This document shows positions 1 to 9,250 of a DNA stretch of 64,000 bases, one piece after another. The stretch comes from Acidimicrobiales bacterium (GTDB lineage Bacteria > Actinomycetota > Acidimicrobiia > Acidimicrobiales > RAAP-2). The translations under genes were made by a program, and so were the position numbers. Positions within the stretch are counted from its first letter, which is position 1; each line of letters begins with the position of its first letter. Where the stretch lies: the NCBI GenBank assembly GCA_050014915.1, contig JBEKCK010000001.1, positions 38,126 through 102,125 of the forward strand, in the 5' to 3' direction. Below the pieces are notes generated by a model that searched no databases, was not told where the DNA came from, and was given only the letters and a program-made list of their open reading frames with translations.

Positions 1-21
1 CGACACCGTCGGATCGAGGAC

Positions 22-3000
22 CTAGCCCTCGAGCATTGAGTCGCCGAGACCCACGCAGTTCGGTTTCGGTCCGGCGTTCACGTTGCCGTAGCGGTGATGG
101 GTGATCGAGACGCTCTGTTCGAGAAGCCAGCGCGCCATCTCGACGTCCCCACGCTGGGCGAGCGCTCGGGGATCGACGCTCACCCCGTGCGCCAACAGAG
201 CGGCGCTCTGCGTGGCTTCGCTCGAGAGCCAACGAACCCGATCGATCGTGGTGGCGCGCGCGACGAGTTCGGCCGGTGTCTCGACGAGCGCCTCCGGCGC
301 CGCGGCCACCGGTTCGAGTGCGCTGTAGGTGACGTGCACCCCGGCCTCGCGCACGGCGGCGTCGATGAACGAACGTTGCGCATCGTCGAAGGCGCCGTCG
401 ATTCGAACGACCATCGCTTTGGGGTGATGGCGGTACCGCTGGAAGTTCTTCTCGACGCGCAGTCCGGTCCGATCGATCGATTGGCTGCCCGTCGAACGCC
501 ACCACGCACGGGCCTGTTCGATCGCGCTCGGCGCGTCCGAGAGTGACGCCCAACGTCGCAGCGAGTTGACGTAGTGGTGGCCCCCGGCCTTGGCGGTCGG
601 GCCGACGCTACTGCGGCGCCATCCACCGAAGGGCTGTCGATTGACGATCGCCCCCGTGACCCCGCGGTTGACGTAGAGGTTGCCGGCCTGGATCCGGTCC
701 ATCCACAGTTCGCACTCGGCCTCGTCGAGTGACTGGATGCCCGCCGTGAGACCGAAGTCCGTCCGGTTCTGCCACGTGATGGCCGTGTGGAAGTCCGGTG
801 CCACCATGACGCCGAGGACCGGTCCGAACCATTCGTGTTGATGACTCCACGAGCCGGATCGCACGCCGAGCTTCACGCCGGGACTCCACTGCAGTCCAGC
901 GGCGTCGAGCGCTCGCGGCTGGAGGAGCCAACTCTCGCCCGGGTCCAGATGGTGGAGCGCTCGTTCGAGTGCTGGTTCAGCGCTGCGGATGATCGGTCCC
1001 ACGCTGGTCGACAGTTGCCAACTCGGACCCACGCGAAGGCTCTGCACGGCGTCGCCCAACTGACGAAGGAACGCGGGGTCCTCGTAGACGTCGCGCACCA
1101 CGATGGCCAAACTGGCGGCGCTGCACTTCTGACCGGCGTGGCCGAACGCCGACTGCACGAGGTCCTTCACGGCGACGTCGATGTCGGCGCACGCGCTGAT
1201 CAGTATGGCGTTCTTGCCACTGGTCTCGGCGAGGAGGTTTATGTCGGGGCGCCAGGTCGTGAACATCAGCGCGGTCTCGAACGATCCGGTGAGAATGACG
1301 GCGTCGACGTCCTGGTGGGTAATGAGGTGGCGTCCGGTGTCGTCGTCTCTGGTCGCCACGAACTGCAGGACGTCGCGGGGGACGCCACCCGCCCAGAGTT
1401 GCTGCACCAACTGCCACGCCGTCGCGACGGTCTCCGGCGCCGGTTTCAAGATGACGGCGTTGCCCGCGGCCAACGCGGCGCAGACGCCCCCGGCCGGAAT
1501 CGCGTAGGGGAAGTTCCATGGCGGCACTACCACCACCGTGCCGAGCGGCGTGGAGCCCTCGAAGTCGCTGGCCGTCGTCGCGTAGAAGCGCGCGAAGTCG
1601 ATACCCTCGCTCACCTCGGGGTCGGCCTCGGCTTCGGTCTTGCCGGCGTCACGGGCCATCACCGCGGCCGTCTCGATTCGCTGATCCTCCATGGCGAGCG
1701 CGCCCGCGAAGAGGATCCGTCGACGCTCTTCGATCGTGAGATTCGACCAGTGCTCGCGGGCGAGCGCGGCGCACCGAACTGCCTCGTCGACCTGTCGGAC
1801 GTCGGCGACGCAGTACCGATACCACGCCTGAGCGTCGGCGCTCGGGTCGTGGCCGAGTTCGAACTCACTCGTGATGATCTCCTCGCCGCCGATGACGAGT
1901 GGAACGCGTAGTTCCGGAGCGGCGCGCACCGCGTCGAACGCTCGCGAGATCTCGTCGTAGGCGCTCGTCGACGTCGAATCGAAGTTCGCGACGTTGGTGA
2001 AGCCCGTCGCGTCTGGCGAATCGTGCGGCGCGTGGCGAAGTGACGTCGTCGAGATCGCGTGTCGCTCTCGCACCGACGCCGTGAATCGGTCGCTCTGCTC
2101 ATCGAAGCGCTGTACGTCCGTCCCGATGTCGAAGGCCGCCTTCAGGTAGTTCTCGTCCGACGTGTTCTCGTCGAGGCGACGAACGAGGTACGCGACCGCG
2201 GAGGCGAAGTCGTCGTGGCGTGTGACCGGCGCGTAGAGCAGGACGCGCTGACCGGTCCGGGCTATGGCGAGTGACTCGGAGTTGGCCATCCCTTCGAGCA
2301 TCTCCACGTCGACTTGCGATTCGACGCCGCGCGCACGAGCCACCTCGAGTGCCCAGGAGAGATGGAAGAGGTTGTGGCTCGCGATGCCGATGCGCACGGC
2401 CCGGGCGTGCTCGGGACGAAGGGCCGCGTCGATGAGGCGTGCGTAACTGGCGTCGACGTCGGACTTCGTGCGATAGGGCGCCGCGCTCCAGCCGTGGAGT
2501 TCGGCCTCGGTCGTCTCCATCGCCAGGTTGGCACCCTTTACCAGCCGGACCTTGATCGAGCCGCCGGATCGTCGGTGACGACTCTTCGACCACTCGACCA
2601 GATCGGCGAAGGCGGCGTGGGACTCGGGCAGGTAGGCCTGGAGCACGATGCCGGCGGCGATGCCGGAGAACTCGTCTTCGCTGAGGACGTGCTTGAACGC
2701 CGTCACGGTCAGCTCGAGGTCCCGGAACTCCTCCATGTCCAGGTTGACGAACGCTCCGTGGGACTCGGCCTCACGATAGAGACGTCGCATCTTCGTGGCG
2801 ACGCGATCGAGTGATCCCACGCGGTCGATCGTGATGATCTGACTCACGACTGACGAGAGCTTCACCGAGACGTAATTGATCTCCGGTCGCCGAATCATCT
2901 CGAGTACGCGATCGAATCGCTCATCGGCCTCGCGCTCCCCGAGCACGGCCTCGCCCAGGACGTTGATGTTTAACGCAATATCGTCACGCCGGCGTCGCTC

Positions 3001-3414
3001 GAGGTGCTTTCTCAACGGTGCCTCTTCGGATGGAAGGATCAGGGCCCGGGAGAGATGGCGGATCTGTTTGGTGACGACGTTGATCACCGGTGCCGGAGCG
3101 AGACGCGAACCGGCGGCGAGGATCTTGAGACCGAAGGCGTTGAAGCGGCCGAAGCCCTCGGTCGAGGCCTTCGCGGCTGCTCGACGAAAGATGTTGATCG
3201 AACTCTTGACAGAATGGATCCGCATGACTTCGTCGGTCAGCGTGATCGTGACCTCGATGGCCTTGGGGTCGCGGAAGAGTCGCGAGAATCGTCGGCGATT
3301 GGCGACCTCCGCGTGACCGCGCATTCGATCGGCATCGTGGATGAGCGTGCGCGCGTTCTCGACCGCCGAATCGGCCAGTGAGTCGATCGACGGGTCAGTG
3401 GGGATCAGGGACAT
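22..3414 (-). CDS. putA: bifunctional proline dehydrogenase / delta-1-pyrroline-5-carboxylate dehydrogenase (PutA-type)
   Basis: Track ORF 22..3462 (1146 codons). The N-terminal half reads as a proline dehydrogenase barrel. The C-terminal half is an aldehyde dehydrogenase with catalytic motifs ETSGKNA and FGHAGQKCSAAS. Start placed at the second ATG (3414, MSLIPTD) because GAAGGGA lies just upstream; the longest ORF starts at 3462. Confidence 0.85.
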   Translation of the reverse strand: MSLIPTDPSIDSLADSAVENARTLIHDADRMRGHAEVANRRRFSRLFRDPKAIEVTITLTDEVMRIHSVKSSINIFRRAAAKASTEGFGRFNAFGLKILAAGSRLAPAPVINVVTKQIRHLSRALILPSEEAPLRKHLERRRRDDIALNINVLGEAVLGEREADERFDRVLEMIRRPEINYVSVKLSSVVSQIITIDRVGSLDRVATKMRRLYREAESHGAFVNLDMEEFRDLELTVTAFKHVLSEDEFSGIAAGIVLQAYLPESHAAFADLVEWSKSRHRRSGGSIKVRLVKGANLAMETTEAELHGWSAAPYRTKSDVDASYARLIDAALRPEHARAVRIGIASHNLFHLSWALEVARARGVESQVDVEMLEGMANSESLAIARTGQRVLLYAPVTRHDDFASAVAYLVRRLDENTSDENYLKAAFDIGTDVQRFDEQSDRFTASVRERHAISTTSLRHAPHDSPDATGFTNVANFDSTSTSAYDEISRAFDAVRAAPELRVPLVIGGEEIITSEFELGHDPSADAQAWYRYCVADVRQVDEAVRCAALAREHWSNLTIEERRRILFAGALAMEDQRIETAAVMARDAGKTEAEADPEVSEGIDFARFYATTASDFEGSTPLGTVVVVPPWNFPYAIPAGGVCAALAAGNAVILKPAPETVATAWQLVQQLWAGGVPRDVLQFVATRDDDTGRHLITHQDVDAVILTGSFETALMFTTWRPDINLLAETSGKNAILISACADIDVAVKDLVQSAFGHAGQKCSAASLAIVVRDVYEDPAFLRQLGDAVQSLRVGPSWQLSTSVGPIIRSAEPALERALHHLDPGESWLLQPRALDAAGLQWSPGVKLGVRSGSWSHQHEWFGPVLGVMVAPDFHTAITWQNRTDFGLTAGIQSLDEAECELWMDRIQAGNLYVNRGVTGAIVNRQPFGGWRRSSVGPTAKAGGHHYVNSLRRWASLSDAPSAIEQARAWWRSTGSQSIDRTGLRVEKNFQRYRHHPKAMVVRIDGAFDDAQRSFIDAAVREAGVHVTYSALEPVAAAPEALVETPAELVARATTIDRVRWLSSEATQSAALLAHGVSVDPRALAQRGDVEMARWLLEQSVSITHHRYGNVNAGPKPNCVGLGDSMLEG

Positions 3415-3530
3415 CGTTGTCCCTTCGATTTGAAGGAGTCGTCGTCCTTCTTCATCGACCACGTCCTACGCATCACCACAGTTTCGATTCCCCAACCGTA
3501 GACGGCGGTTCGCAGGCGTAGTCGGTGGGC

Positions 3531-4607
3531 CTAGCGATTTCGCATGCGGGACACGACCTCGTCGACGACCTCAGACGTCGAGGCCGAACCGCCGAGATCG
3601 AAGCAGCGAATGCCGTCCATCGCCGTGGCGAGCGTCGCACCGCGCAGTGCCCGCGAGGCCTCCGCCGCCCGCTCGTCGCCGTGGATCCCCGCGTGGTCCA
3701 ACACGGCGGCACAGGCCAACAGCATCGCCATGGGGTTGGCCACGTTCTTCCCCTCCAGCGACGGCGCGGTGCCGTGCGGCGCTTCGGCCATCGCGGTCGT
3801 CGGATGCATCTCGTCGTCCAGCGCCAGGAGAACCGACTCGGCGCCGGCGATCGAACCGAACATGGCGAGCACCAGGTCACTCATGCAGTCGCCGTCACGG
3901 TTCAACGTGGGGATCACGACAGTGCTGTCCCACTGCTCGGTCATCAATCCGGCGTAGGCCGCGTCGATGAGCATCGGATGGTAGGTCACGTCAGGGTGTC
4001 GAGCGGCGGCGCGGTCCATCTCCTCTTTGAGCATCCCCTCGTAGATCGCCGAGACCGTCCACTTCGGTCCGCCGTAGACGAGCCCGTCCATCGATGCCGC
4101 CGTCACGAACGCGAACTCCGCGACCGACTGGCAGACGCCGCGGTCGATCCGTTCCATGCGCCAGGCCGATTCGTCGCGCGTGCCCGCTTCGCCGTCACGC
4201 CCTTCGGCCGCGCCGTAGGCGTCGCCGACGGCCATGCGAACGACCACGACCGGATGCGACAGCGATACGACGGGGGCAACGCCCGGAATCCGACGACCGG
4301 TGCGCACGATGACCTTGCCGCTGATTCCTTCGCGCAGTATCCGATTCGGCGAACCGACACTCCCGATCTCGGTCGGGGTGATCGTGGCGGCCTTCAGACC
4401 CAGACCCGTTTCGACGATCGCCGCGGCCGCGTCGTGGACGACCCCGTTGTTGGTCGCGCGGCGATTCTCCAAGGAGAGGTCGAAGCGCACGAGGTCGATG
4501 TCGAATCCCAACACGCTCGGATCGAGGACCCGTAGCGCCTCGTCGAGTAGTTCCTGACCGGTCTGGTCGCCCTCGCAGACGACGATCGAGTTTGTTTTCA
4601 CCGCCAC
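3531..4607 (-). CDS. isocitrate/isopropylmalate dehydrogenase family protein
   Basis: 358-aa ORF with the family motifs NRDGDCMSDL and HGTAPSLEGKNVANPMA of beta-decarboxylating dehydrogenases. The substrate cannot be assigned by eye. Confidence 0.7.
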   Translation of the reverse strand: MAVKTNSIVVCEGDQTGQELLDEALRVLDPSVLGFDIDLVRFDLSLENRRATNNGVVHDAAAAIVETGLGLKAATITPTEIGSVGSPNRILREGISGKVIVRTGRRIPGVAPVVSLSHPVVVVRMAVGDAYGAAEGRDGEAGTRDESAWRMERIDRGVCQSVAEFAFVTAASMDGLVYGGPKWTVSAIYEGMLKEEMDRAAARHPDVTYHPMLIDAAYAGLMTEQWDSTVVIPTLNRDGDCMSDLVLAMFGSIAGAESVLLALDDEMHPTTAMAEAPHGTAPSLEGKNVANPMAMLLACAAVLDHAGIHGDERAAEASRALRGATLATAMDGIRCFDLGGSASTSEVVDEVVSRMRNR

Positions 4608-4665
4608 ACGTTACTGAACAGAGCTCAAAGATTCGAAGCGAAAATACGGAGCTGCGGAGGTCGGA

Positions 4666-5628
4666 TCAGGCCGACACGGAGGACGACTTGACCGCCGAGC
4701 GCTGCGCGAGAACGCGATGCAACAGCGCGGCCGCTTCGCGTACGCCATCCACCCCGGAGACGCTCGCGTCCTCGTGCTCGATGCTCAACGTGCCGTCGTA
4801 GCCAACGCTCGCGAGCGTGTCCACGAACGTGGTCCACCACTCGAAGTCGTGACCGCGACCGACCGTCACGAAGTTCCACGCCCGTTCGTCGACGAACGGC
4901 AATGTCAGCGGCTCGAGGCGGGAACGCACGGCGGACGCGTCTTCGACGCGCGTGTCCTTCGCATGGACGTAGTAGATCGCCGATCCGAGGGCCGTCACCG
5001 CCCGCAGAGGATCGGCGCCCATCCAGATCAGGTGACTGGGGTCCAGGTTCGCTCCCACGATGTCGCCGATCTCGGACCTAAGTCGCAGGACGCCCGGCAC
5101 GCTGAAGACGATTTGGTTGCCGTGCATCTCGATCGCCATTCGCGTGATGCCGTTCGCCGACGCGAAGGCCGCCAGGTCGTGCCAGTACGGGATGGCGACG
5201 TCGTTCCACTGGTAGTCGAGCATCTCGGTGGTCTCCGGCGGCCACGAGGTCGTGATCCAGTTCGGCATCTGGTCGTTCGGCGTACCGCCGGGGAGACCCG
5301 ACATGAGGACGATGGTCGTGACGCCGAACTCGCCGGCCAAGCGGATGATGTCGCGCACCATCTTGTCGTTGCGTTTGCCGTCGCGCGGATGGAGTTGATT
5401 CCCGCTCGCGTTGAGCGCCGAGATTCGCAGTCCCCGCGATTCGACGGACCGGAGAAACTCCGCCCGGCCCCGACGGTTCTCCAGAAGCGCCGGTACGTCG
5501 ATGTGCGGCGACGTCGACCAGTTGCCCGCGGCGAACTCGACGCAGGAAAGTCCCACTTCGTTCGCGAGGTCCAGCGTCTGGTCGAACGTGAGATCCTCGA
5601 CGCTGTCGGTGAGTAGTCCGATGTCCAT
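4666..5628 (-). CDS. sugar phosphate isomerase/epimerase (xylose-isomerase-like TIM barrel)
   Basis: Track ORF is 4666..5868, but its first 80 codons are Arg/Ser/Pro-rich and overlap the upstream gene. Start set at ATG 5628 (MDIGLLTDSVEDL), 1 nt after the upstream TGA (5630-5632). TIM-barrel style motifs MAIEMHGN, DPSHLIWMG and SIEHED. Confidence 0.75.
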   Translation of the reverse strand: MDIGLLTDSVEDLTFDQTLDLANEVGLSCVEFAAGNWSTSPHIDVPALLENRRGRAEFLRSVESRGLRISALNASGNQLHPRDGKRNDKMVRDIIRLAGEFGVTTIVLMSGLPGGTPNDQMPNWITTSWPPETTEMLDYQWNDVAIPYWHDLAAFASANGITRMAIEMHGNQIVFSVPGVLRLRSEIGDIVGANLDPSHLIWMGADPLRAVTALGSAIYYVHAKDTRVEDASAVRSRLEPLTLPFVDERAWNFVTVGRGHDFEWWTTFVDTLASVGYDGTLSIEHEDASVSGVDGVREAAALLHRVLAQRSAVKSSSVSA

Positions 5629-5629
5629 T

Positions 5630-6748
5630 TCAACCCCCCGTCGCCCACGCGGGTAACGTGCTCGGCATCGTGACCGGTTGGCGCGTGATGTGCGAGGTCG
5701 CGATGGCGTGGCACAGCGCGATGTCGTGCAGGCCGTCGATGATGTCGGTTCGGGGATCGTGACCGGCACGGATCGCCGATTCGAACTCCACCAGCTCGCG
5801 CTTGAAGGCCTCCTCGTACGAGAGCGTCTCGTTGGTGCGCCAGGAATGCGGTGAACCATCTTCGCCACCTTCGATCGTCAAGAGACTTGGCATCGCGCGC
5901 AGGTAGGGCGAGGGCAGCGTGAGCGTGACCCGCTTGTCGAGTGCGTAGAAGGCGAGCTGCTGCTTGTAGTGGGCCATGCCCGGCAGGTCGACCCAGGACA
6001 TGTGCACCTCGGTCGGACCGAAGCCCAGACCGATCTCACAGACCGTGCGACCGAGGCGCGCGTGATGCACGATGTCGGGCTCGCCCAGGGCGCCGCGCAG
6101 CATGTTGAGTTCGTGCACGAGGTTGTCGAGCAGCATCCACCGGTAGCAAAAGCGCGCGTCGTCGTCGCCCTCGGGCAGTGCGGCCAGCAGTCGTTGCGCG
6201 TCGTCGGCCCTCAGGGCCGCGAGCACGTCGGGCGCCGGGGGCGTCATCGGGGTCAGGGGGTAGGCCTGCACGTAGGGCTGGAACGGCGACTCCAACGTCG
6301 TGACCGAGACCAGGCGGAGATCGTCCAAGGGCAAGTACTCGAGGAGTCGCTCGTAGGCGGGGTCGTAGCGCTTCATCGTGCCGACCATGAAGCGAACGCC
6401 GGAATTGCGAACGGCCTCGAAGAGTTCCTGACCCTCGGCGAGGGAGAGGCAGAGGGGCTTTTCGACGAAGACGTTCGATCCGGTCCGGGCCGCCGCCACG
6501 GCGATCGGCGCGTGGCTACCCGAGGTGAGCACCATGACGACGTCGAGTTTCTCGTCCACGAGGTCCTGCCACGAGGTGAAGACCTTGTCGACGCCGTACA
6601 TTTCGGCGCAGGCCCGGGCCGTGGGCTCCGAAATGTCGCACACCGCAACCAATTCGTAGCGGTCCCGGAGGTCGGCCAGGTGGGGGAGGTGCATGACCTG
6701 GGCGATGACGCCACAGCCGACCACACCAACCGTGAGCCGCTTCGTCAT
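5630..6748 (-). CDS. Gfo/Idh/MocA family oxidoreductase
   Basis: N-terminal Rossmann motif VGVVGCGVIAQVMHLPHL and the family EKP motif (VFVEKPLC). Confidence 0.85.
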   Translation of the reverse strand: MTKRLTVGVVGCGVIAQVMHLPHLADLRDRYELVAVCDISEPTARACAEMYGVDKVFTSWQDLVDEKLDVVMVLTSGSHAPIAVAAARTGSNVFVEKPLCLSLAEGQELFEAVRNSGVRFMVGTMKRYDPAYERLLEYLPLDDLRLVSVTTLESPFQPYVQAYPLTPMTPPAPDVLAALRADDAQRLLAALPEGDDDARFCYRWMLLDNLVHELNMLRGALGEPDIVHHARLGRTVCEIGLGFGPTEVHMSWVDLPGMAHYKQQLAFYALDKRVTLTLPSPYLRAMPSLLTIEGGEDGSPHSWRTNETLSYEEAFKRELVEFESAIRAGHDPRTDIIDGLHDIALCHAIATSHITRQPVTMPSTLPAWATGG

Positions 6749-6786
6749 GTCCGATCCTCCCAGCCGGAACTTATCCCGGTTCCGTC

Positions 6787-6807
6787 ATCGTTTCCGCAAT
6801 CGTTTCC
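6787..6807 (-). promoter_or_regulatory. tandem GGAAACGAT boxes (LacI-type AAnCGnTT core) downstream of the minus-strand promoter
   Basis: ATCGTTTCC occurs at 6787-6795 and 6799-6807 (12-bp period). 6796-6807 (GCAATCGTTTCC) is a CG-centred pseudo-palindrome. It lies between the putative -10 element (6819-6824) and the oxidoreductase start at 6748. Confidence 0.4.
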
Positions 6808-6818
6808 AGTGCTCCGGC

Positions 6819-6847
6819 AGTATGTCATTCTCGCCCGCGATTGTCAA
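6819..6847 (-). promoter_or_regulatory. putative sigma-70-type promoter for the oxidoreductase/isomerase operon
   Basis: On the minus strand: TTGACA (6847-6842), 17-nt spacer, CATACT (6824-6819). The -35 element overlaps the LacI-type box at 6842-6855. Confidence 0.3.
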
Positions 6848-6855
6848 CGTTTGCA
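6842..6855. promoter_or_regulatory. LacI-family-type operator TGTCAACGTTTGCA
   Basis: 14-bp CG-centred imperfect palindrome; 10 of 14 positions are self-complementary. It sits in the divergent intergenic region of a locus that encodes a LacI regulator (10100-11188). Confidence 0.4.
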
Positions 6856-6879
6856 TCGGAAGTATACCCCCTGTGTGCC

Positions 6880-6908
6880 TTGACAGCGTGAGAAGTTGGT
6901 GATACGGT
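6880..6908 (+). promoter_or_regulatory. putative sigma-70-type promoter for the ABC importer operon
   Basis: TTGACA (6880-6885), 17-nt spacer, TACGGT (6903-6908). These are the same hexamers and spacing as the candidate promoter at 24025-24053. Confidence 0.4.
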
Positions 6909-6916
6909 CCAACCAC

Positions 6917-6937
6917 GGAAACGATTGCGCTATCGTT
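6917..6937 (+). promoter_or_regulatory. GGAAACGAT box plus AACGAT-N6-ATCGTT inverted repeat just downstream of the -10 element
   Basis: GGAAACGATTGCG (6917-6929) is the exact reverse complement of 6796-6807 plus one base. AACGAT (6920-6925) and ATCGTT (6932-6937) form an inverted repeat. Confidence 0.4.
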
Positions 6938-6995
6938 ATCGGCCGATCCGTCTCAGGATCGACCGATGGGTCGCAGTTCATTATTGGGGGGCAAC

Positions 6996-8321
6996 ATGCG
7001 AAATAGTCTCAATCTCGGTTTCAAAAGAAAGGTTGGGGTATTCGCCGCCGCCGGCCTGATGCTCACGACCGGATTGGTCGCCGTCACCGCCGGTTCGGCC
7101 GGTGCGTCGTCCAAAGTGACGCTCACGTTCTGGGAGAACTACGGCACCCAACAGACGCTGCTCGGCACGGCGAAGAACCTCATCTCGGCCTACGAGAAGT
7201 TGCACCCGAACGTCACGATCAAGATGGTCAGCCAGCCCGCCGATAACTACTTCGCGCAGCTCCAGACGGCCGCGATCGCCGGGAGCGGTCCGGACCTCGC
7301 GGTGATGTGGACGGGTCTGTACCTGCCGCCCTACGCGAACCTGCTCGCGAACCTTCGTCCGTACTTCCCGAAGTCCGAGATCGCCAACATCGAGGGTCTC
7401 AAGTGGGGCGCGGACGACTTCAACGCGAACTCCGCCATCCTCGCCGCCCCGGTGGACGCACAGTTCTATATGGGCTTCTACAACAAGAAGGACTTCGCTA
7501 AGGCGGGAATCACCCAGGTGCCTCGTGACTGGAGCCAGCTGCTGAACGCGTGCACCGCGCTAAAAAAGGTCGGCATCACCCCCATGGCCTATGGCACGGG
7601 CTCCGCGTCGTACTCGGGTGAGTTCAACCCGTGGTACTCCTTCAGCTACATGATGATGGCCCTTCCGCCCACCCAGTGGCACAGCCTCTACAGCGGTCAG
7701 ATCCCGTGGACGTCCTCGGTCGTGCAGTCGCAGTTGTCGATGTGGCACGAGATGTACACCAAGGGCTGCGTCAACTCCGACGCCCTGACCGACCGCAACA
7801 ACGTCGGACAGTTCGTGGACGGCAAGGCCGCGATGGCGCCGGACGACGGTAGCTGGGACGTCGCGCAGTACACCCAGCAGATGGGCTCGAACGTCGGCGC
7901 GATGGTACCGCCGTTCTCGACCAAGCCGATCAGCAGCGTCGTCTTCTTCCCAGGTGACGCGATCTCTGTCTTGAAGGGTTCGAAGAACGTTCCGGCCGCC
8001 GCGGCCTTCCTCGCGTTCATGGACTCCCCCGCCGGCGCGGTGCAGATCGCCAAGGCCGGACTCATCCCCGACATCACGGGCTACCACTCGACCAACGCTT
8101 TGAACGACGAGATGCTCGCCTTCGTGAGCAAGGACCACTACACCGTGTACCCGATGTTGGACAACGTCACCCAGCCGAACATCGTCAACGTCGGCTACCA
8201 GGCCCTGCCCGCGGTACTCGTTGGTCAAGCCTCGGTTTCGCAAGGGACGAAGGAGTTGGCGGCCCAGCACAACCAACTGCCGGCGAATCAGCGCGGATCG
8301 TACGGAGAGTATTTCAAATAG
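6996..8321 (+). CDS. ABC transporter extracellular solute-binding protein (sugar, family 1)
   Basis: Signal peptide MRNSLNLGFKRKVGVFAAAGLMLTTGLVAVTAGSAGA followed by a typical SBP_bac_1-like body. Start at ATG 6996, preceded by TTGGGGGG; the track ORF begins at 6966. Confidence 0.85.
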   Translation: MRNSLNLGFKRKVGVFAAAGLMLTTGLVAVTAGSAGASSKVTLTFWENYGTQQTLLGTAKNLISAYEKLHPNVTIKMVSQPADNYFAQLQTAAIAGSGPDLAVMWTGLYLPPYANLLANLRPYFPKSEIANIEGLKWGADDFNANSAILAAPVDAQFYMGFYNKKDFAKAGITQVPRDWSQLLNACTALKKVGITPMAYGTGSASYSGEFNPWYSFSYMMMALPPTQWHSLYSGQIPWTSSVVQSQLSMWHEMYTKGCVNSDALTDRNNVGQFVDGKAAMAPDDGSWDVAQYTQQMGSNVGAMVPPFSTKPISSVVFFPGDAISVLKGSKNVPAAAAFLAFMDSPAGAVQIAKAGLIPDITGYHSTNALNDEMLAFVSKDHYTVYPMLDNVTQPNIVNVGYQALPAVLVGQASVSQGTKELAAQHNQLPANQRGSYGEYFK

Positions 8322-8350
8322 TCGTTCGTAGTTGAACTAGGAAGGACGCC

Positions 8351-9250
8351 GTGGCTCTCATCGACGTAGCCCGGCGTCCGTCCAAGAGGGGTCCACTCGG
8401 CGCCGGCGGCGCCGGGTGGATTCTCTCGTTACCCGCGCTGTTGGCGGTGGCCGGACTACTTATTCTCCCCATCGGACAGGCCGTGTACTACAGCATGACC
8501 AACTGGAACGGCCAGACGGCGACGTGGATCGGGCCGCGCGCCTACCTGAATCTCTTCGAGGATCCGACGTTTCTTCGAGTTCTGGAGAACAACGGACTGC
8601 TGTTACTCGCGATGCCCTTCGCGATCATCGTGCCGCTCGCCATCGCGTTCCTACTCCACGAGGAGATCTGGGGTTGGAAGTTCTTCCGTTCGGTCGTCTT
8701 CATTCCGACGGCGATTTCGTGGGTGATCATCGGACTCGTGGCGGCTCAGTTCTACGCCGTCAAGGGGATCTTGAACGGCATGCTCGCCTCGGTCGGGCTT
8801 GGTTTCATCAAGACCGACATGTTGGGCAGCACCAATCAAGCCATCTTCGCCATCGCCATCACGCTGATCTGGAGTCAGCTCGGCACGAACACCATCATCT
8901 TCATCACCGGTCTGGCGGCGCTCGACCCGACGCTCGCCGAGGCCGGGCGCGTCGACGGCGCGAGTTCGTTCCGCATCTACCGCAAGATCATCATTCCCCA
9001 GATGATGCGCTTCATCCAGTTCGCCTTCGTCATCACCGTCCTCACCGCCTTCACCGCGATCTTCAGTCTCATCTTCGTCATGACCGGCGGTGGACCGAAC
9101 TACGGTTCGACGACGTTGGAGTTCTACGTGTACCAACAGGCATTCAATCAAGGTGACTTCGGTACCGGGGCCCTCCTCGGTGTGCTGCTCTTCGTCCTGG
9201 TGGCGACGGTCAGCATCATCCAGATCCGACTGCTGCGGGTGAAGACGTGA
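8351..9250 (+). CDS. carbohydrate ABC transporter permease (MalF/UgpA-like)
   Basis: Six-TM permease with an EAA-type loop (LAEAGRVDGASSFRIYRKIIIP). Confidence 0.85.
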   Translation: MALIDVARRPSKRGPLGAGGAGWILSLPALLAVAGLLILPIGQAVYYSMTNWNGQTATWIGPRAYLNLFEDPTFLRVLENNGLLLLAMPFAIIVPLAIAFLLHEEIWGWKFFRSVVFIPTAISWVIIGLVAAQFYAVKGILNGMLASVGLGFIKTDMLGSTNQAIFAIAITLIWSQLGTNTIIFITGLAALDPTLAEAGRVDGASSFRIYRKIIIPQMMRFIQFAFVITVLTAFTAIFSLIFVMTGGGPNYGSTTLEFYVYQQAFNQGDFGTGALLGVLLFVLVATVSIIQIRLLRVKT

